Part shown: one piece after another, positions 1-64,000 of the stretch
Numbering within the stretch: the first letter of the stretch is position 1
How the letters are laid out: each line of letters starts with the position of its first letter
Assembly (NCBI RefSeq): GCF_009914755.1
Contig: NC_060927.1
Length of the DNA stretch: 64,000 bases
Direction: 5' to 3' (one strand)
Source of the DNA: the human T2T-CHM13v2.0 reference genome, Homo sapiens
The notes under the pieces: generated by a model
Seen by the model: only the letters and a program-made list of their open reading frames with translations
What the model was told of the DNA's origin: nothing
The model's database searches: none
Made by a program: the position numbers and the translations under genes

Positions 1-246
1 CAGCTTGGCTCATATAGTCTCAAGAAAAGATTTGGGCAAAAATTTCAAAATCATAGGAAAATGGACTTGAAATACTTTAAGAGGATGAGCAGCCCAAAAA
101 TGGTATTAAGGAAAGGCTGCCTTAGGAGGTAAGGATTTTTGCTAAAGATTTTCAGAGAGTCTGTATACCATTTGCCGAATATATTATAAAGGAATGTGTG
201 AGAGATTTCTATAATGTAACTACTATTCAAAATAATTCCTTTTGAA

Positions 247-341
247 GCTTGCAGTGAGCTGAGATCACGCCACTGCACTCCAGCCTGGGCGACAGAGCGA
301 GACTTCGTCTCAAAAAAAATAAAAATAAGAATAAGAATAAG
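247..341 (+). mobile_element. Severely 5'-truncated AluY-type fragment with A-rich tail
   Basis: gcttgcagtgagc...gtctc plus A tail; TSD aataattccttttgaa at 231-246 and 342-357. Confidence 0.9.
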
Positions 342-1060
342 AATAATTCCTTTTGAAAAGATCATGCATAAAATATCTTGCCTCCCTCCATGACTACACT
401 CCCACCATGACTACCCACTGTCTTACACTGGGCAGAACTCAGCAGATATTTGCTAATTAAATAAGTTTATGGCTTTCAGAGCCTATAGCAGTTCATTTGA
501 ATATTTTCTATGGTGAACAATATCTACTCTTTAAGGTCGAATTTAATTTGTGGAAATAGTAAAAGGGCATTAGAAGTCAAATGTGATGGACAAGGTAGAT
601 AAACTAGGCAGTAAATTTTGGCTTAAGAAGATATAAAATGAAAGTTATTGAGATGATGTCTATAATCATTCAGCACTGCACCTAGCACAGGGTAAATGCC
701 CATTCAATTGTAGGCATTAATATTGTTATAAGCTGAATCTGAGGGCAAATTCTCAAAAAAAAAGAATTAAATAATGGCAACTCTGTAAGAATAAATGTGT
801 TGTGATTCTTTTCAAAGAAGTAAACTCATTTGGACACATGAAAATTCTAGAGTTGTGCATTTGTTAACATGACTCTCAACACTTAGTAATACATTAACAT
901 TATATCCCAGTTTTTTCAGAACCTTGATTACAGGGTAACAATATGTATGATTTAGTTAAGCATTTTTCCTATAAAGCATTGAATGCAAAACTTAAAGATT
1001 AAAGGTTTATCCTATATGAATATTTCTCCCTTAAATACAAATTTAAAAGCCTTTTCCCAC

Positions 1061-59510
<58,450 letters not shown>

Positions 59511-61189
59511 CTGGAAAGAAACAAAAAGAACATAATCAAGTCAGATTATCATTTTAAAATACATAAGACAATATTCTTTAGTAAGACTATATGCTCCAGA
59601 GATACATAATTATTAAGAAAGATTCATCGAGTGAGTTGCATCCAGCTGGTAAATTAGCAAACTTTATACCTAAGTGAATTTCCTTGCCTTTCACTACTTA
59701 GAAATGTTGTTTTTTTAAGGAAACTTCATGAGAGCGATAAGAAAATCTGCCCACACAAATGTTCACTTAGACATCTAAAATAGGATAATTTTCTTTAAAA
59801 AATTCTATGAAGTTGTTCCCTTATCAAAGTTTCTGGTTAATATGCATAGCCCTCTTACTCAGATTATGATCGACACTGGATAAACTACTTCTCCTAGTCC
59901 CAAAACAATTATCTCTAACTGCGATGCTGAGAAACACACATTCATGTATCATTTTAAATTACTAAAAGCACATTTTCTGCTTTACTGATAGAGAAACCTG
60001 TTTTCAAGGTCCATTGTTTTAGTGATGGCAAAGATGCTCTAGAACAATAAAGGAAAAAAATATACATACATATATATATCCATAAACTCAAAGAGAACAA
60101 AGCATAGGTGAGAAAAGCTCTACAGAACCTGAGGTTCTCTGAATACAGTTGAAAGTATGTGCACCTGTTATAGAAAATTCCTGGAACCGGGCTTTTAAAC
60201 ATTGGTTTAAATCATCACAGAGAGAAAAATTCTAGAATAATATTTGGTTTGAGAATCCTCAAAGCTCTGTAAACCCTAAATGTACATCAATAAGAAAACT
60301 TAAATAAATCATAGTGCTATGCAATATATTTAACAATGACAAAGTCTCCAAGATTTAACTGTAAGAGAAAATAAGTTGTACATAATTTTATGTTTAAAAA
60401 AACCTGTGTGTGTATGCATGCGTGTGTACATATATATAATGTATAGAAAACAATCTGGAAAGATATTTATTAAACTTCTAACAGAGATTCTCCTTTGGGG
60501 AACATTATAGATTGCTATAGCACATAATGAATCACAACTGGTAAAAGGGGCTTTTGGTTATTTGATTTTTCCCCCATATCTAATTCTGTATTGTATAAAT
60601 TTTTATTAATTTTACTATTTTTATGAGGAAAATAGAACCCTTCTCCATCAAGAGAAATAAAAATATGAAGAAACACTAAGTACCTTTCAAGGCTTTGTGC
60701 TGCAGAAGTATAGAGCATGACTTAATACAGCATTTTGGGTGACTGGTTTGATCAGAACAACTTGCAGAAATTTAAACTTTCATTGACTTTAATTTTCACA
60801 CTTAAAACATCTGTTCAAAATACTCTGGCCAAAATCAAATATAGTATTTTAAAATTTAAGTTGAAAAAAAACACACTTCAAGTAAACTACAGTTCTGAAC
60901 TTTTATTAACACAGAAAAAATTAGCCCCCAGTTGTAAATCATAACTGCATTGGAGTATTCAATCATTATTATTTAAGTTATAAGAGTTTACCTGGTTTAG
61001 TTATATTGTAAAAATAATTCTAATCCTTAATTATTCTTTACAACATGTAATTAGGCAGGATCAATAATTTTCTGGTTCGTATAATATTGATAGGTAGAGA
61101 TGTGGACGTTGAATAGACCTCCCAAATTTAGTGTGCCTACTATGATATGAAGAGAACTCCAACCACCATTCCTCCTAACCTCTACACTT

Positions 61190-61720
61190 GCACCTCCTCT
61201 ATCATTCTGAAGATTTTGTTCAGGATAAAAACTCAGAAGGCCTTCTGGACTCCTCATTTTCTCTCCACCCCATATCCAATCCACTGGCAAGTCTTGCTGG
61301 CTTTACCTTCACAACATATCTGTAATCCAGACACTTTTCATCCCTTCCACTATTACCACCTGAGTTCAAGCTCATTTCTCTCCTAGAATATAGTAATAGT
61401 ATCTATCCTACCTCAACTTCCCTCCTTTCTTCTTGTCCCATGAAATCAATTCTCCACTCAACAGCTAGAATAATCTTTTAAAAACATAGGTCAAGTAATG
61501 CCACTCCTCTGCTCAAGTCATTCCATTCTCAATACAGCCACTTCTTCTTGTCATGTTCCTTCAGGCCTTACCTGATCTGCCCAATCTACTTCGATCTGTT
61601 TTCTGTGTTCTAGCTAGACTAGCCTTTGATTCCTGTCTTTGCACTTACTGTCCCCTCCTTCTAGAACCATCTTCCCACAAAATTATTGCATAACTCACTG
61701 TGCTACCCACCATCCAAGAT
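61190..61720 (+). mobile_element. L2 fragment
   Basis: Pyrimidine-rich L2 body (ccccatatccaatcc..., cagctagaataatcttttaaaa). Confidence 0.7.
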
Positions 61721-61759
61721 ATCTCCTGTGTTTTTTTTCCTCCTGGTATTAATGCCTAT

Positions 61760-61972
61760 GTGTGGTGCCCCCACACCCCAACACTGGTCAAATCTAGGCT
61801 GAGCTGTGGCATGGCAAAAGTGATGGTCTGTCACTTTTAAAGATGGGTTCTAAAAAGTTGCAAGTTCTACTTTCTTCTCTTGAATTGCTCACTCTGATAG
61901 AAGTCAGCCATTATGTCATGAAAATACTCAGGTGGACCTATGCAATGGCCTTTGTTAAGAGGAACTAACTTG
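61760..61972 (+). mobile_element. Partial MLT1-type LTR
   Basis: atggcaaaagtgatggtctgtcactt...tgctcactctg...gccattatgtcatga. Confidence 0.6.
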
Positions 61973-61974
61973 CC

Positions 61975-62468
61975 CCAAAAGACACACACACTCATATGTT
62001 TATTGACACATTATTCACAATCGCAAAGACATGGAATTGGTCTAGGTGCCCATCAATGGTGGATTGGATTTTTTAAAAAGTGGTACATATACACTATAGA
62101 ATACTACACAGCCATAAAAAAGAATAAAATAATGTTCTTTGCAGTGACATAATGCAGTGGAGACCATCATCTTAAGTAAATTAACACAGAAACAGAAAAA
62201 CAAGTACCTCATAGTCCCATTTATAAGTGGGAGCTACACACTGAGCACACATGGACATAAACATGAGAACAACAGACACTGGGGAATACAAGACGGGGGA
62301 GAGGGAGGCAGGGATGGGGGCATGGGTAGAAATGATCCCTATTGGGTACCATGCTCATTAGCTGGGTGACAGGATCCATACCCCAAACGTCAGCATCACA
62401 CAATATACCCATGTAAAAAACCTGCACATGTACCTCCTGTATCTAAAAGTTGAAATTTAAAAAAAAGA
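61975..62468 (+). mobile_element. L1PB/old L1PA 3' end
   Basis: ORF2-end remnant (WYIYTIEYYTAIKKN), 3'UTR and A tail. Confidence 0.88.
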
Positions 62469-62555
62469 ATTACCTGATATTTTATCATCAATTTTAATTT
62501 ACATGTTGTTTTTCCTCCCCCACTAGAATGTAAGCTCCATGAGAGCAGGAATTTT

Positions 62556-62855
62556 CTCTTTTTTTCTTTTTTTTTTTTTCTGAGACAGAGTTTCACTCAG
62601 TCGCCCAGGCTGGAGTGCAGTGGCATGATCTCAGTTCACTGCAACCTCCACCTCAAGTGAGTCTCCTGCCTCAGCCTCTGGAATAGCTGGGATTACAGGT
62701 GCATGCCACCACGCCTGGCTATGTTTTTGTATTTTTAGTAGAGATGGGGTTTCACCTTCTTGGCCAGGCTGGTCTCAAACTCCTGACCTCAGGTGATCTG
62801 CCTGCCTCGGCCTCCCAGAGTGCTGGGATACAGGCGTGAGCCACTGCACCCAGCC
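62556..62855 (-). mobile_element. Alu (AluS)
   Basis: Full dimer; TSD caggaattttctcttttt at 62546 and 62856. Confidence 0.93.
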
Positions 62856-64000
62856 CAGGAATTTTCTCTTTTTGCTTTTGCCAAATGTCCAATGCCTACA
62901 AGACAGCCTTGCACATAGTGGTCATTCCATCCACTTGCTCTTACGCATTTGTATAATAACAACTACTATTGGTTAACAAACTTTTCAGAAACCTTGCTGT
63001 TTTTATGTTTAACATAAAACACTGTTTTATTTTAGCCCTCATAATAACCTCAGTGGCAGAGGAATTCCCAATTCACAGTGGAGAAGAGTAAGACTCAAGT
63101 AATTGCCAAAGGTCCACAACTAGTAAATGACAAAACCTAAATTCAAATCCAGATTTGGCTAATCCACATTTCGCTTCCAATTATCATACTGTAATAAAAG
63201 ATTAAATAATTCAGCATTGTAAAAATTCAAAAATGGACACAAAACATGCATGGTGTACAAAAGAATCACTGTTCAAAAATTACTAGTCTGATGGGTGGGT
63301 GGGGTGTTAGCATATGGAAAGCATCCCTAAATAATGAATTCTGTTTCAGAAGCATAGTGTTGCAGAGTATTCAACAAGAGAACATAGCGTTAATGTCCCA
63401 GAATAACTTAAAAAGGACCATGCAGTTCCTATGAATGCACAGTAACACCCATCCCAACTCATTTGGGCTCCTTTCAGCATTATGGGTCTATGGTTAAGCA
63501 ATGTTAATGAAGAATGTTTGTTGCCTAAAATCAAGTAACACAACCATATAATAACTTGTCTTTATTATATAAACAATATTTTAAGACTCCAAGAATTATA
63601 GACTTATAAAATGTTTAAGAGACCTGAGAAATCACCTAGAAATTTTTTCCAAAGTAATAATTTATTCTATGATCTAGACTCCTCCAGAGACAAATTTGTA
63701 CACATCTTGGGTGGGAGTCCCTTCCGTTGCAATATACTCGAATGGGAAGCAGCCATCACTGGATATAAGTAATTTAGGTAGATTACACTCAATTTACTAA
63801 AACTCCCTCAGAAAATAGAGACAAATCCACATTTTCCATGTACTTAAACTATTTTTTACCCAAACTCACAAGAGAAATTTAATGTGAAAAGATCGGCTAT
63901 ATTGATTGATCCAGGAGACACTTGGCGCTTCCCAGAAGAATGAGACTGATGAAAAGGAAACATTGCTTTGATATTTATTAGGAAATGAATGGACTGATTT

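Noticed and set aside
59511-64000. Search for the preceding MORC1 exon, a promoter or RNA genes
   Set aside because: No matching exon, CpG island, tRNA or snRNA seen; the upstream exon lies beyond the window.

Overview
Primate (human-like) AT-rich genomic DNA lying entirely inside the germline transposon-silencing gene MORC1, transcribed on the minus strand. I resolved 11 internal coding exons (59510 down to 1061) with GT-AG boundaries and consistent reading phases. From recall of the human gene these are exons 10-20, about codons 272-695, covering the coiled-coil insertion, the S5-fold end of the GHKL ATPase module, the CW zinc finger and the low-complexity linker. Both ends of the gene lie outside the window. 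The rest is intron filled with Alu, L1, L2, MIR, MaLR/ERV1 LTRs, DNA-transposon relics and microsatellites, and almost all ORF-track entries are repeat-derived noise. I find no new multi-gene system. The most unusual item is a ~250-bp polyadenylated, TSD-flanked insertion of a 178-bp-period tandem repeat with faint alpha-satellite resemblance (43157-43435). Also notable are an Alu+L1 composite inside one TSD, a run of AAG splice acceptors, a strong CTCF motif and three missense alleles on one haplotype. Repeat subfamily names, exon numbers and variant identities come from memory and need database confirmation.
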